From the IMG/VR virus record IMGVR_UViG_3300029240_000008: DNA of 64,000 nucleotides. One strand, given 5' to 3'. This stretch comes from a virus. Of the stretch, positions 24,570 to 34,200 are shown piece after piece; positions within the stretch are counted from its first letter, which is position 1; each line of letters opens with the position of its first letter. The translations under genes and the position numbers were made by a program. The notes beneath the pieces were generated by a model. It made no database searches and was not told the DNA's origin. It worked only from the letters and a program-made list of their open reading frames with translations.

Positions 24570-24713
24570 TATTCACTGCCCCCTTTCTGTTCGGTATGCG
24601 TATACTATATCACGCTTACAGAACCATGTCAACACGTTTTGTTCTTTTTGCGTACTTTTTTTCTTTACATTTCCGCTTTTACATGGTATATTTATATTGA
24701 AAGGAGGTACATT

Positions 24714-25073
24714 ATGAACGAAAGATTGAAAGAATTGCGAAAAGCCTTACGTCTTAGTCAGGAGAAGTTCGGTGAACTTCTTGGCATAACTAAATCCGGT
24801 GTTTCTGATATAGAATCAGGCAGGCGCGAAGTGACAGAAAAGCATATTATTATGTTGAAGAACAACGGCGTCAATGAAGATTGGATTCGTACAGGAAATG
24901 GTGATATGTTTGTCAAAAAAACCAAAGATGAAGAATTAGCAAAAATGCTTGGAGATATTCAGAATCTTGGCGAAGAATCATTTAAGCACCGACTTATAAC
25001 AGCTTTAGCAAGATTAGACGATGCAGGATGGGATAGCTTAGAAAAGCTAATCGACATGATTTCTGGCAAGTAG
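24714..25073 (+). CDS. XRE-family HTH repressor (CI-like)
   Basis: Start moved to MNERLKELRKALRLSQEKFGELLGITKSGVSDIESGRR with AAGGAGG SD. Divergent from the early operon. Confidence 0.8.
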   Translation: MNERLKELRKALRLSQEKFGELLGITKSGVSDIESGRREVTEKHIIMLKNNGVNEDWIRTGNGDMFVKKTKDEELAKMLGDIQNLGEESFKHRLITALARLDDAGWDSLEKLIDMISGK

Positions 25074-25079
25074 CAAAAA

Positions 25080-25113
25080 AGACAAGGGTAATGCGCAAAC
25101 CCTTGTCTTTTTC
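25080..25113 (+). terminator. intrinsic terminator after the repressor gene
   Basis: AGACAAGGGT pairs with ACCCTTGTCT, followed by TTTTCTT. Confidence 0.7.
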
Positions 25114-25291
25114 TTATTAATATTTTAACAGCGCCTTTACGTATGTGAAAATTACTTTTAACCAATGTTGATTATTACAATTTTGCACCATTTCAATAAT
25201 CTCTTTCTTATAATCCATAAATAGCCCTCCCTGTCACAACTACCACCTACATTACAGTATATGTCCGGCTTGTGGGAAACAGAACCGAACA

Positions 25292-25624
25292 TTAGTTCGT
25301 TTTCATCATTATACCACCGATGTTCCCTCTTGGCAACTGCCAAATATACACATGGACTTTTGCTATTTCGTAGGCAAACTTCGCAATCGCAAAGAAAATT
25401 ATGCTTTTGCGAATATAACATCTGATATTGCAGGTTTCCTTGATCTCGCTCAACTCCTGCATCTGAGCGGAACAAATTTGTTCCGTAGCTTCCTTTGTGA
25501 TCTGCGCATCTCTGCGGTGGCGTTCTGCTATATCATGTGACGATATATGCACCGCACAGAATATTTCGTAAAATATCAGGATGAATACGACTATCCTGTA
25601 TCTGTTCTTTTCCATTACTACCAA
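25292..25624 (-). CDS. hypothetical membrane protein (uncertain, possibly frameshifted)
   Basis: ORF track 110 aa with an N-terminal hydrophobic helix. It overlaps a second same-strand ORF, 25158..25475, in another frame. The true gene structure is unresolved. Confidence 0.25.
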   Translation of the reverse strand: MVVMEKNRYRIVVFILIFYEIFCAVHISSHDIAERHRRDAQITKEATEQICSAQMQELSEIKETCNIRCYIRKSIIFFAIAKFAYEIAKVHVYIWQLPRGNIGGIMMKTN

Positions 25625-25795
25625 CTCTTTCTAAAAATATATCACGCATTATAGCACGAATTTGTATAGTTTTTCTGGCAAGTATAAAATCATGGAATTT
25701 TTCTGCAAAAACAATCTATTTTTTTAATATTTTACTATGCACAATTTGCATGAGGTGGTATAATATTGTAAAATTTTAACAAGGGAGGGGATTGT

Positions 25796-26044
25796 ATGAG
25801 CAAGGGCGAAAAGAAAAAGGATTCAACCCTGAGTGTCATCTCCTGTATTCTGGCAGGTGTGGCATTCATTCTTCCGTTGCCAATTATCCTATCGTTTCCA
25901 CTGGCTCTGGCAGGAGCAATTGTAGGATTAGTAGATATTGGCACAAAGAAAGAGGAATATAGACATATTGGCTCATGGTTCGGAATTGTTGTCGGAATCA
26001 TTGAAGTAGTTTTTATTGCAGTGCAGTATATGAGATTTCTTTAG
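25796..26044 (+). CDS. small multi-pass membrane protein (82 aa)
   Basis: GGGAGGGG SD. Two or three hydrophobic helices. Confidence 0.55.
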   Translation: MSKGEKKKDSTLSVISCILAGVAFILPLPIILSFPLALAGAIVGLVDIGTKKEEYRHIGSWFGIVVGIIEVVFIAVQYMRFL

Positions 26045-26060
26045 CAGAAAAGAGGGTTTT

Positions 26061-26861
26061 ATGAAAAAGAGAGTTTGCGGAATTATAACGATGTGTGCTT
26101 TTTTATGCATTTCGCCTGTCAATGCCAGTGCTACTTCCTTTGACAACATTAATGAAATGCTTAATAAGATCAATGGCGAAGATGGGTTTGTCGAAGCATC
26201 TGAATGTGTGATTGACAAAAACACTAAATCCTTGCATCTAAGCGTCGTTATAAGTGAGAACGTACCAGATGATGAAGTTGGCTCATTTGCTTCAAAGGTT
26301 TCCAGTGTATTGTCGGAAGCATCTCAGCAGGATTGGTATGATTATGATTATGTTACTGATGATTTCTATAAGAGTGGTTATGATGGAGTAGTTCTAACAA
26401 ACGTTTGGAATTTCAAAAATGATACTCTGGCTTGCTCAATTTGGGATGATTCGCTATCAATCACGCGTCTTTCAGACGGAACTAAATTAAAAGAAGCTGT
26501 TTTAAAAGACGTGGAAAGTGAAAATTCTAATTCTCAGGAAAACGATTCTCTTGATGATACCGGCAGGCTAAATCCAGGTGTTTATATTATTGGCGAAGAT
26601 ATTCCTGCCGGAAAGTACACCTTTTCAATAACCGACGGAGCAGGAATTATCAGCGTATATGACAGCTACGATGATTATAAGAATGATGATTACGAACATT
26701 CAGAAGAATACCATGTCGCTTCAAAAAAATATAAAGAAAGTCTTGGTTCTGACTTAGAAAGCATTAATTCTTTGTATTCCAGTGAAATTGGGAATCTACC
26801 GTTAGAGAATGGAATGTGCGTAAAAATAGATACTGTTTCAGTTTTATATTTAGCGAAATAA
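26061..26861 (+). CDS. secreted protein (266 aa)
   Basis: Signal-peptide-like MKKRVCGIITMCAFLCISPVNASA, an acidic linker, and a C-terminal GVYIIGEDIPAGKYTF motif. Confidence 0.55.
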   Translation: MKKRVCGIITMCAFLCISPVNASATSFDNINEMLNKINGEDGFVEASECVIDKNTKSLHLSVVISENVPDDEVGSFASKVSSVLSEASQQDWYDYDYVTDDFYKSGYDGVVLTNVWNFKNDTLACSIWDDSLSITRLSDGTKLKEAVLKDVESENSNSQENDSLDDTGRLNPGVYIIGEDIPAGKYTFSITDGAGIISVYDSYDDYKNDDYEHSEEYHVASKKYKESLGSDLESINSLYSSEIGNLPLENGMCVKIDTVSVLYLAK

Positions 26862-26864
26862 ACA

Positions 26865-26892
26865 AGAGGGGCAACCGCCCCTCTTTCTTTTG
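26865..26892 (+). terminator. intrinsic terminator
   Basis: AGAGGGGC-aacc-GCCCCTCT followed by TTCTTTT. Confidence 0.7.
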
Positions 26893-27112
26893 CCTGTCGT
26901 TCTCGCAGGCAGTCTCTCTATCCACACATCCTCCCGGACACAGAAACCATATTTTTCGAATTATGTCAAACTTTAATGCTTTACACTAACAATTTCAAGT
27001 GCTACACTTTGTTTGTGGGGCAATAATACCACAAACAAAAAGAAAAATGTGTGTACTGTCAAAATCATTGCGTATTTTGACAAAATTGAGACTACGAAAG
27101 GAGGGCGCGCAT

Positions 27113-27811
27113 ATGAGAATAGCCATATGTGACGATAACCAGCTTGAAGTTGACTTGTTTAAAGAGTGCGTATCGGGATTCTTACGGCGCAAAGGAGATT
27201 ATCGCTATGAAATCAGCGAGTATTCAGCAGGTTATCCGCTTGTTGAAGATGTGAAAGAGGGTAAATGGTATGATGTAATTGTACTGGATATGATTCTGGA
27301 AAATGAGAACGGTTTGGAGATTGCAAACCGGCTCCGGGATATTGGATATGATGGAAAGATTATCTTCTGGACAGCCGACGATTCTCATCTACAAGAAGCA
27401 TTTGACGTCGGTGCTATGCAGTATGCGGTCAAGGGCAAGGAATACGGCAGAATATACCGGGCTATTGACGAGGTCCTGTCGCAGATGAGGGATGAAACAT
27501 TGACATTCAAATTCCGCAGGCAGATAAACCGGCTCAAATACGATGAAATTGAGTACGTCGAGAGTCAGGCAAGAGTTTGCCATATTTTTGCTACAAATAA
27601 CCGATGTTTCGTGACCACTTGTAAGCTGAACGATCTGGAAGAAAAGCTGTCTGATAAGCGATTCTTGCGCTGCCATCAGAGTTATCTGGTGAACATGGAT
27701 CACATCCAGTCGGCAGGTGATAATTTCGTCATGGATTCTGGGGACATTGTCCAGATAAGACAGAATGGGTCAAAAGAAATCAAAGAAAAATATGAAAATT
27801 ACATAAGTTGA
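27113..27811 (+). CDS. LytTR-family response regulator (REC + LytTR), orphan
   Basis: Start moved to MRIAICDDNQ with AAAGGAGGG SD. Receiver Asp context VIVLDMIL. C-terminal ...EIEYVESQARVCHIF...LEEKL..FLRCHQSYLVNMDHI is LytTR-like. No kinase gene is nearby. Confidence 0.8.
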   Translation: MRIAICDDNQLEVDLFKECVSGFLRRKGDYRYEISEYSAGYPLVEDVKEGKWYDVIVLDMILENENGLEIANRLRDIGYDGKIIFWTADDSHLQEAFDVGAMQYAVKGKEYGRIYRAIDEVLSQMRDETLTFKFRRQINRLKYDEIEYVESQARVCHIFATNNRCFVTTCKLNDLEEKLSDKRFLRCHQSYLVNMDHIQSAGDNFVMDSGDIVQIRQNGSKEIKEKYENYIS

Positions 27812-27818
27812 CAGTGAA

Positions 27819-27859
27819 GAATGACCGCCAACCCGGGAAGGAGTAATTGGCGGTCATTC
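27819..27859. terminator. hairpin between convergent genes
   Basis: GAATGACCGCCA (27819-27830) pairs with TGGCGGTCATTC (27848-27859). Confidence 0.5.
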
Positions 27860-27953
27860 TCATTGTTAACACTTAATAAATAAAAGGTTTGCAATACGAA
27901 CTACTATATCGAACACATTTTATTATAGCATTATAAAAGTCATATTACAACTG

Positions 27954-29381
27954 TCATTTAGAAATTTCTGTGATTCTGGTAAACGTTCCCTTTGGAACAA
28001 ATTCAAAAACAAACCCTTCTGTCGGATGCGGGATGCGGATGAAGTACCATTTCAGCCCTGAACTGTCGGTTTCCGTGTACTTCATCACCTCTACAACTGC
28101 ACCTTTTTTCAGTTTTGGGAACAGTTTAGATGGGCTGTTTTTGTTTGATTTTGTATAACATTTTGTGCCTTTTTTAATCTGCGCAATGTAGGCTCTAGTG
28201 TTCTGTTTTTTGACTGTATCTGAGTCTGAAACTGACGTTGTATTTTTAACTAAACTGTAATTTGGAGTGCAGAATTTTGTTCCGGGAAGGTTGCTGTTGT
28301 AGTAACTTTTCTGGCATACGCCACCACCATTTGCGATAATTGTAGAGCCACCAGAAGTATTTCCTTCGACTGTCCAGAACCGATCTCCTGACACTTTTAT
28401 TACGATTCCAGTATGCGTAAATTCTCCGTTTCTGTAGAAAATAACAATGTCTCCGACTTTTGGATTGCTGTTCAGAGTAAACAAATCCGCCATTGTCGGG
28501 CAATAAACGTATGGCCAGTGTTTCAAAAGTTTCTTCGCTGTGTCTAAGCCGAATGCTTTCATCATGCACCACGAAACAAATGCAGCGCACCATGGCTGTC
28601 CTTGATAATCCGGCTTAATATCACGCCAATATTTCGTATAATTATTTTCTCCGGCATTTGCTGTCTTACTATCAAGCTGACTATTACTTGCCTTTTCAAG
28701 ATATCCGGTTTCATTCTTTGCGATCTGGATTAATTTATCAATTGCGTTCATGTCTGTCTCCTCACTTTCTGGAAAATATGTCTTTAATGCGCCATAAACA
28801 AATCTCTGCCTGCTCTCATATGCCCCGACTTGATTCCCTGTGTCCGTCTGACAAGCTGCATAGAGATTATCGAGCGTATATGGCTTCTGAGTCTTTGCCA
28901 GAATCCTCGTTACTGCTCCCTGTCCGCCTTGGTGTCTAAAGTTCACACACATAGCTTGCGCTCTAGCGTCCGTAACGCCCTGTTTAAGGGCTTCTTCTGC
29001 ATAGGTGGCTAATTGTTCATCCATAAGGCTATCTTGACATTTAACGCCCAAATCGGACGAAATAAGGGCAACTATGGTATCGGCAAGCTGTGACACTCTG
29101 GAAATATTAAAGCATTCCCAGTTTGCGGTCTGGACCTGTTCCAGAAGTCTGACCTTGTCCATCTTCTCCCACTGTTCCGGGTCAGCATCGTAAATTCGTT
29201 CCAGAAGCGCCTTGGCTTCGGTTCCGTACCACGCTCCTGCTCCAATCGTGATTGCATGTTCATCTGAATTATTCTCATAGGCTTCCGTGAAGTCCGAATA
29301 ATCCTGCTGTCCGTAAACCTGTCCGCCGGTTTCGACTGCATAAATAATCTTCCTGAGAACTGCTTTCTGCTCGTTTGTCAT
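27954..29381 (-). CDS. multidomain endolysin (lysozyme-like N-domain, CHAP, SH3-like C-domain)
   Basis: The CHAP motif QPWCAAFVSWC...GDIVIFY...FTHTGIV...VEGNTS is clear. The N-terminal AVETGGQVYG... domain and the C-terminal SH3b-like segment are less certain. Confidence 0.8.
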   Translation of the reverse strand: MTNEQKAVLRKIIYAVETGGQVYGQQDYSDFTEAYENNSDEHAITIGAGAWYGTEAKALLERIYDADPEQWEKMDKVRLLEQVQTANWECFNISRVSQLADTIVALISSDLGVKCQDSLMDEQLATYAEEALKQGVTDARAQAMCVNFRHQGGQGAVTRILAKTQKPYTLDNLYAACQTDTGNQVGAYESRQRFVYGALKTYFPESEETDMNAIDKLIQIAKNETGYLEKASNSQLDSKTANAGENNYTKYWRDIKPDYQGQPWCAAFVSWCMMKAFGLDTAKKLLKHWPYVYCPTMADLFTLNSNPKVGDIVIFYRNGEFTHTGIVIKVSGDRFWTVEGNTSGGSTIIANGGGVCQKSYYNSNLPGTKFCTPNYSLVKNTTSVSDSDTVKKQNTRAYIAQIKKGTKCYTKSNKNSPSKLFPKLKKGAVVEVMKYTETDSSGLKWYFIRIPHPTEGFVFEFVPKGTFTRITEISK

Positions 29382-29584
29382 ATTGTGTTGCTCCTTTCTG
29401 CTAAATATGCCTTGTAAGCTCCGTATTTGCCCCTAAAATCAATTTTTATATGTCGTTCGAGGATTTTATCGAGTCGCACGTAAAATCGCTATATGAGTCA
29501 AATACAAGGTTGTTAATAAAAATGGTTCGCTTTGGGCTGAAACGAATTGAGAATGTCAGGGTCGAATAGCACTTATTCGACGAT

Positions 29585-29935
29585 TAATATATATCTTGTA
29601 TATATATTAATTATATTCTTATTCTATTTCTTATTCTTATTCTATTGCGTTACATTGCGTTACTGGTAACGTTATTGTAACGTTACATTGAGATATTATG
29701 TAAACGAAAATTGCTCGTTGACAGAATATTTATTTTTGGATTTTATTATTTTCTCAGATAATTGAATTATTCTGAAAACAAGCAAAATTTACGTTTACAA
29801 ATTATTCATTTTTTATTTTCAATATAGTTACATTTTAGTACGGTAAGGGCTTGGATTTTGACGGTTTTTGGGCGAATAAGGGCTTATTTCGGTTTTTATG
29901 GAAAATGCGCTCTTATTTGCGGTTTTGGGGTTTTT
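29585..29935. repeat. repeat-dense AT-rich non-coding region
   Basis: Several TTCTTATTCTATT-type repeats, four to five GTAACG/CGTTAC copies including the palindrome GTAACGTTAC, and three CGGTTTT-containing units (29850-29935). Confidence 0.8.
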
Positions 29936-29943
29936 ATTCGTTT

Positions 29944-31212
29944 TTACAGTGGTACCTCATCTATGGAATACACTAGGCTGTAAACATCCGAACTGTATTT
30001 ATCGACATTGAATTGCTTATGCACATACAGTTTATTATTGGCAATTGTAAGGCAAACAGCCCCGATAAAAGTGTATGAAGCTTCTATTTTGCCGTAAAAT
30101 ATTCTTGTTATTTTCTCACTTTTGCTCATTTCGTATATTAGTTTGGGCGTTCCACGTGTTGTTAAATTAAGTTTGTATACACCATAAGGATACTTAGAAT
30201 TATGCGAATCAGGATTTGATATAAAGTACATATTATTTGCATAAAATGCGCAAGGAGTCTGTATACGCATACCCCAGTTTCTCCAATCTAAAGAAGCATC
30301 AGTGTCTTGCCATGCAGAATAAACAAGACTGTAATTTTCTCCGTCATATTTGTGTACATACGCACCATAATCTTTATCAAGTTTTCCTGTCATATATACA
30401 AAGCCTTTATATCCCCCCAAAGACACATATGAAGCAGAATCTCTTCCGGAAAATAATATCAGTTTATCTGATTTCACTTCTAATAAAGCTTGTATGAACG
30501 GATATTCGGAATACGGAGTTAGAAAGCGGTTTGATTCAAGGAGTATTTTTCCGGCTATTTTGTATTGGTTTGAAACATAATCTGTTGACGAAGACTTGCA
30601 CGATATTTTTTCAATTTTTCTGTTTCCGATATTTTTTCCATTTTTATATTCATACACAGTCGGAGAAACACTTGTATCTGGACTTGGCATATATGAGGAT
30701 GATAATTGATTGTAAAATATGCAATAAAAAGTATCATCATCTCCAACATAGAATCCTTGAAAAAACATTTTTTCAACTTTATCGGAATTCGAATAATGGA
30801 AAATAAGTTCTCCCTTGTCAGAGTACTTATAAAAGTCTTTGATATTTTCAAAAAGCCCGTCTGTATGAAGGATATAAAAATAGTTTTTATATGCTACCGC
30901 AAAACCTGCTTCGTTTTGCATTATGTTGCTAAAATCATATATTATCTTGACTATTGAATTTCCGCCAACAAAAAATGCGAATTTATTACTGATCGCACCT
31001 CCTGTTCCTTTGAAACCATAAATTAAATTAACTAATGTAGCTCCTGTGGTTGTTGTGCATTTGTCGATTGCAGCATAATCAACTATATTCTTTCTAATAC
31101 CGCCAGATTTTTTCCACAACAATGTATTTCCACCCCATATTTCACTTGTTTCTTTACCTTTGACAGGAAACCCAGTGATTTCCTGTCTGTTCAAAAATGC
31201 CTTATATATCAT
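29944..31212 (-). CDS. tail-tip / receptor-binding candidate (422 aa)
   Basis: Start moved to MIYKAFLNRQ with GAGGAGG SD overlapping the upstream stop. Last structural gene before the lysis gene. No motif recognised. Confidence 0.45.
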   Translation of the reverse strand: MIYKAFLNRQEITGFPVKGKETSEIWGGNTLLWKKSGGIRKNIVDYAAIDKCTTTTGATLVNLIYGFKGTGGAISNKFAFFVGGNSIVKIIYDFSNIMQNEAGFAVAYKNYFYILHTDGLFENIKDFYKYSDKGELIFHYSNSDKVEKMFFQGFYVGDDDTFYCIFYNQLSSSYMPSPDTSVSPTVYEYKNGKNIGNRKIEKISCKSSSTDYVSNQYKIAGKILLESNRFLTPYSEYPFIQALLEVKSDKLILFSGRDSASYVSLGGYKGFVYMTGKLDKDYGAYVHKYDGENYSLVYSAWQDTDASLDWRNWGMRIQTPCAFYANNMYFISNPDSHNSKYPYGVYKLNLTTRGTPKLIYEMSKSEKITRIFYGKIEASYTFIGAVCLTIANNKLYVHKQFNVDKYSSDVYSLVYSIDEVPL

Positions 31213-31216
31213 CCGA

Positions 31217-34200
31217 TCAGCCCTCCTCAAATGTGAAATACAACGTATCTGCTCGGTCAGTTCCTGCGGCTACAAGAGCATCATAATCAGCTTTTTTTAT
31301 TCGCTTTACACACCTTAATTGTGCCTTTTTTAATTGTTCAGAAGTACTGCCAGAACCACCAGAACCGTCTGTAAAATCATCAATCGTTGCCGGAGAAAAT
31401 TCAGAATCCGAACCATCTGTAAACTCTGCATAACTGATTGTCGGCATTTCAGATCGTGTAAGATTGACCGTTCCAGATATTTCGGGAGTGTATTTTCCCA
31501 ACTGCTGGCTGTTACTATTAAACGGTGCATTGTTGGCAGAATAGGTGTCAATCATGTCTGTAGCGCCGATTTTGAGTATCCTGCTCATGATGTATGAATG
31601 AACGTACCATTGCAGTTCTGTAGGCTCCTGTTCGTCGTGCTGAATCTGCTTTTTATAGTAGAGTTCGACTGCCTGACCAACCATGTTCAGTGGGTTTCCC
31701 TGAACCTCGGCAGTATATCCCTGCGCACGATAATATTTCCGCAAATCTTGATTTACGAATACACCATAGCAAATCTTCATAATTGGTTCAGCCCTTGAAA
31801 TACCGCCATATTCGTCTGCATCCCAAACGTAATTTAGCCAGTCTTCATTTCCTACAAAGAAGCTGTTTCTGTTGTAATAAACGTTGTTGTCATACGCTTC
31901 TTGCGCTGTATAGTCGCCCTGCGTAAAGCCGAAGGCTCTATTCGGGTCAGGATCACAAAATATAACATTCGGGAACCAAATTCTACCCTCTTTTGCGGTA
32001 AAACTTTTGAATGTATCGAGATGAACTTCCTCGTTGTTGTAGTATTTATAAATGTTCTGATTACTGGTGGTCTGCCCGTATCTATAACTGTTCTGCCGGA
32101 GTTTCAGATACTCAAACTTGCCGTCCCTGTTCATCCAACCAAAACGGTCATTCTGCAAGCATAAATCTTTCAGAATATTTACTACGTTCATTTCGTTTGA
32201 GTTATTCGTATCAGGCACATAAGCGTCGTCCCAATGCAGCTTTGTACTGACCTGTTCGAGTCCTAAAAACTCAAATAATTTATCTCTGAATTGCTTTTGA
32301 GTCAGTTTTTTCTTCTTATCAGTCGTCTGGTTCTTGTACCACCTTGCAATGTCAGTATTTCGTAATTTATACAGATAATCGTATGCGATAAAATTACGTG
32401 TCAGGGAGTTTGCTTTCCGCTCCGCACTGTCGATTTCACCTGTGAAAATTTTGATTTTTGTTCCTTTTCTTTCAATATAAACTTCGATTTTTCCAGATGG
32501 ATAAAATTCTTCCGAAGTACCATTAAACTGATCGTGATGAGCCTGAAATGTTATCTGATTGCAGACACAACCGCCAAAAATGAAATAGCTTTCAGAACAA
32601 ATAGACTCCTGCAAAGTAAGCGTATTCTGGCCGATATTTTCATTTGTAAGGTCGGCAAATTCTCCGTTAATCCAGTGTACTGTTATTTCTATTGGCTCGG
32701 TTTTCTCTTCTTCAACATCACCAGAACCGCCACCAGAGCCGTCATTTGAACCACCATCAAATGGGTTGTTCCCATCATTTGTGACTTTGATTTGAAAGCT
32801 ATCAGAGCCGACAAATTTGGAAACTCCGTTGATTGTGACATTATAAGAAACTGTAATAGTCTTAGAGCCTGCGGTGGAACTATCGAAGCCAGAAATATCA
32901 TAATCTGTAATTTCTTTCTCGGTTCCGTCCTGTCTTACCTCTGCAACAGTCAGCCCGGATGGGTTAAATAATTCTCCGATTTTGTAGTAAACTTTTGACG
33001 GAAAACTCGTGATTCGGATTCCTGAGAGGCCATATACAGTCACTTTGAAAGTGGCGGTATGGGTTTTGTAGGTTACTGTGATTGTCTTTTCACCAACAGA
33101 ACTGCTGTCAAAACCAGATACTTCAAATCCAGTTGTTTTTGTTTCTGATGTTCCGTCAGTATATTTAACAAGAATGGATAATCCAGTTGTGTCGAATACA
33201 TCTCCTTTTTGATATTCGACTTTAGTAGGCATGGTTTTTACTTCAATTCCAGAAATGTCTACCACAAGAATGCTGAAATCCACGGTCTTTTCATCGAATG
33301 TAACCGTTACAGTTTTGCTTCCATATACTGACATATCTGGGCTTGATAAGGTATATCCTGTTACTTGTTCGGACGTATTATCGTTGTAATATGCGGTAAT
33401 TATGAGCCCTGTGCTGTCAAAAGTTTCGCCTACGAAATATCTGGTTTTGGTTGGCATATGAGTAACTTCAAGTCTGGTTACCCGGATTAACCATGTGATT
33501 ATGCCTCTCGCTCCCCACGGGGAACCGGAAATTTCGTTTGTTTTTTTGTTCAGAGTGACACTTGTTGTTACAGGCGTGCTGAAAGCATTTGCTCCAATGG
33601 ATGTAACGCTTGCAGGAATAGTAGCACTTGTGAGTTGTGTGCCGTAAAACGCCTGAGTACCAATAGTTTGAACGCCGTCAGGAATTACCAGATTTTTAAG
33701 TGAAGTACCGGAAAACGCATTATCTCCAATATTTGTAACGCTTGCAGGAATGGCAATTTCTGTGATTTTACTACAACTTGCAAAACATGATGTTGGTATT
33801 TCTGCTATTCCATTTTCGATAGTGACTGTTTTTAAAGCATAGAAGCATGGTGTAAACTGTGATGCCCCAGTAAACTTAACCGTGCTTTTTAATGTAAGAT
33901 TTTCGAGTATAGAGAGCGCTTTCGTACCACCCGTTCCATCAATAGTTCCGCCTCGAATCATCAAATTCTTGCAACTTGGAATATAGATTCCAGATGAATT
34001 AATCGTGGAATCTGAGCTTCCAATTTCTACATTATTTATTGTGGCACCTGCAAAAGCACCAGATGATAGTAAATTTAATGATAATGGAAAAACAACACTA
34101 TCCAACGATTGAAATCCGTTTAATGTTCCACCTTGAATTTCTTGCAAGCCTTCATGAAAAACAATCTCTGTTAGGTTGGGGCAAGAACTGAACGTGCCAC

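Noticed and set aside
25158-25624. Two overlapping minus-strand ORFs as a toxin-antitoxin or defence pair
   Set aside because: The frames overlap by about 180 nt, and neither has a recognisable motif or a convincing SD. This could be one frameshifted gene. There is too little evidence to call a system.
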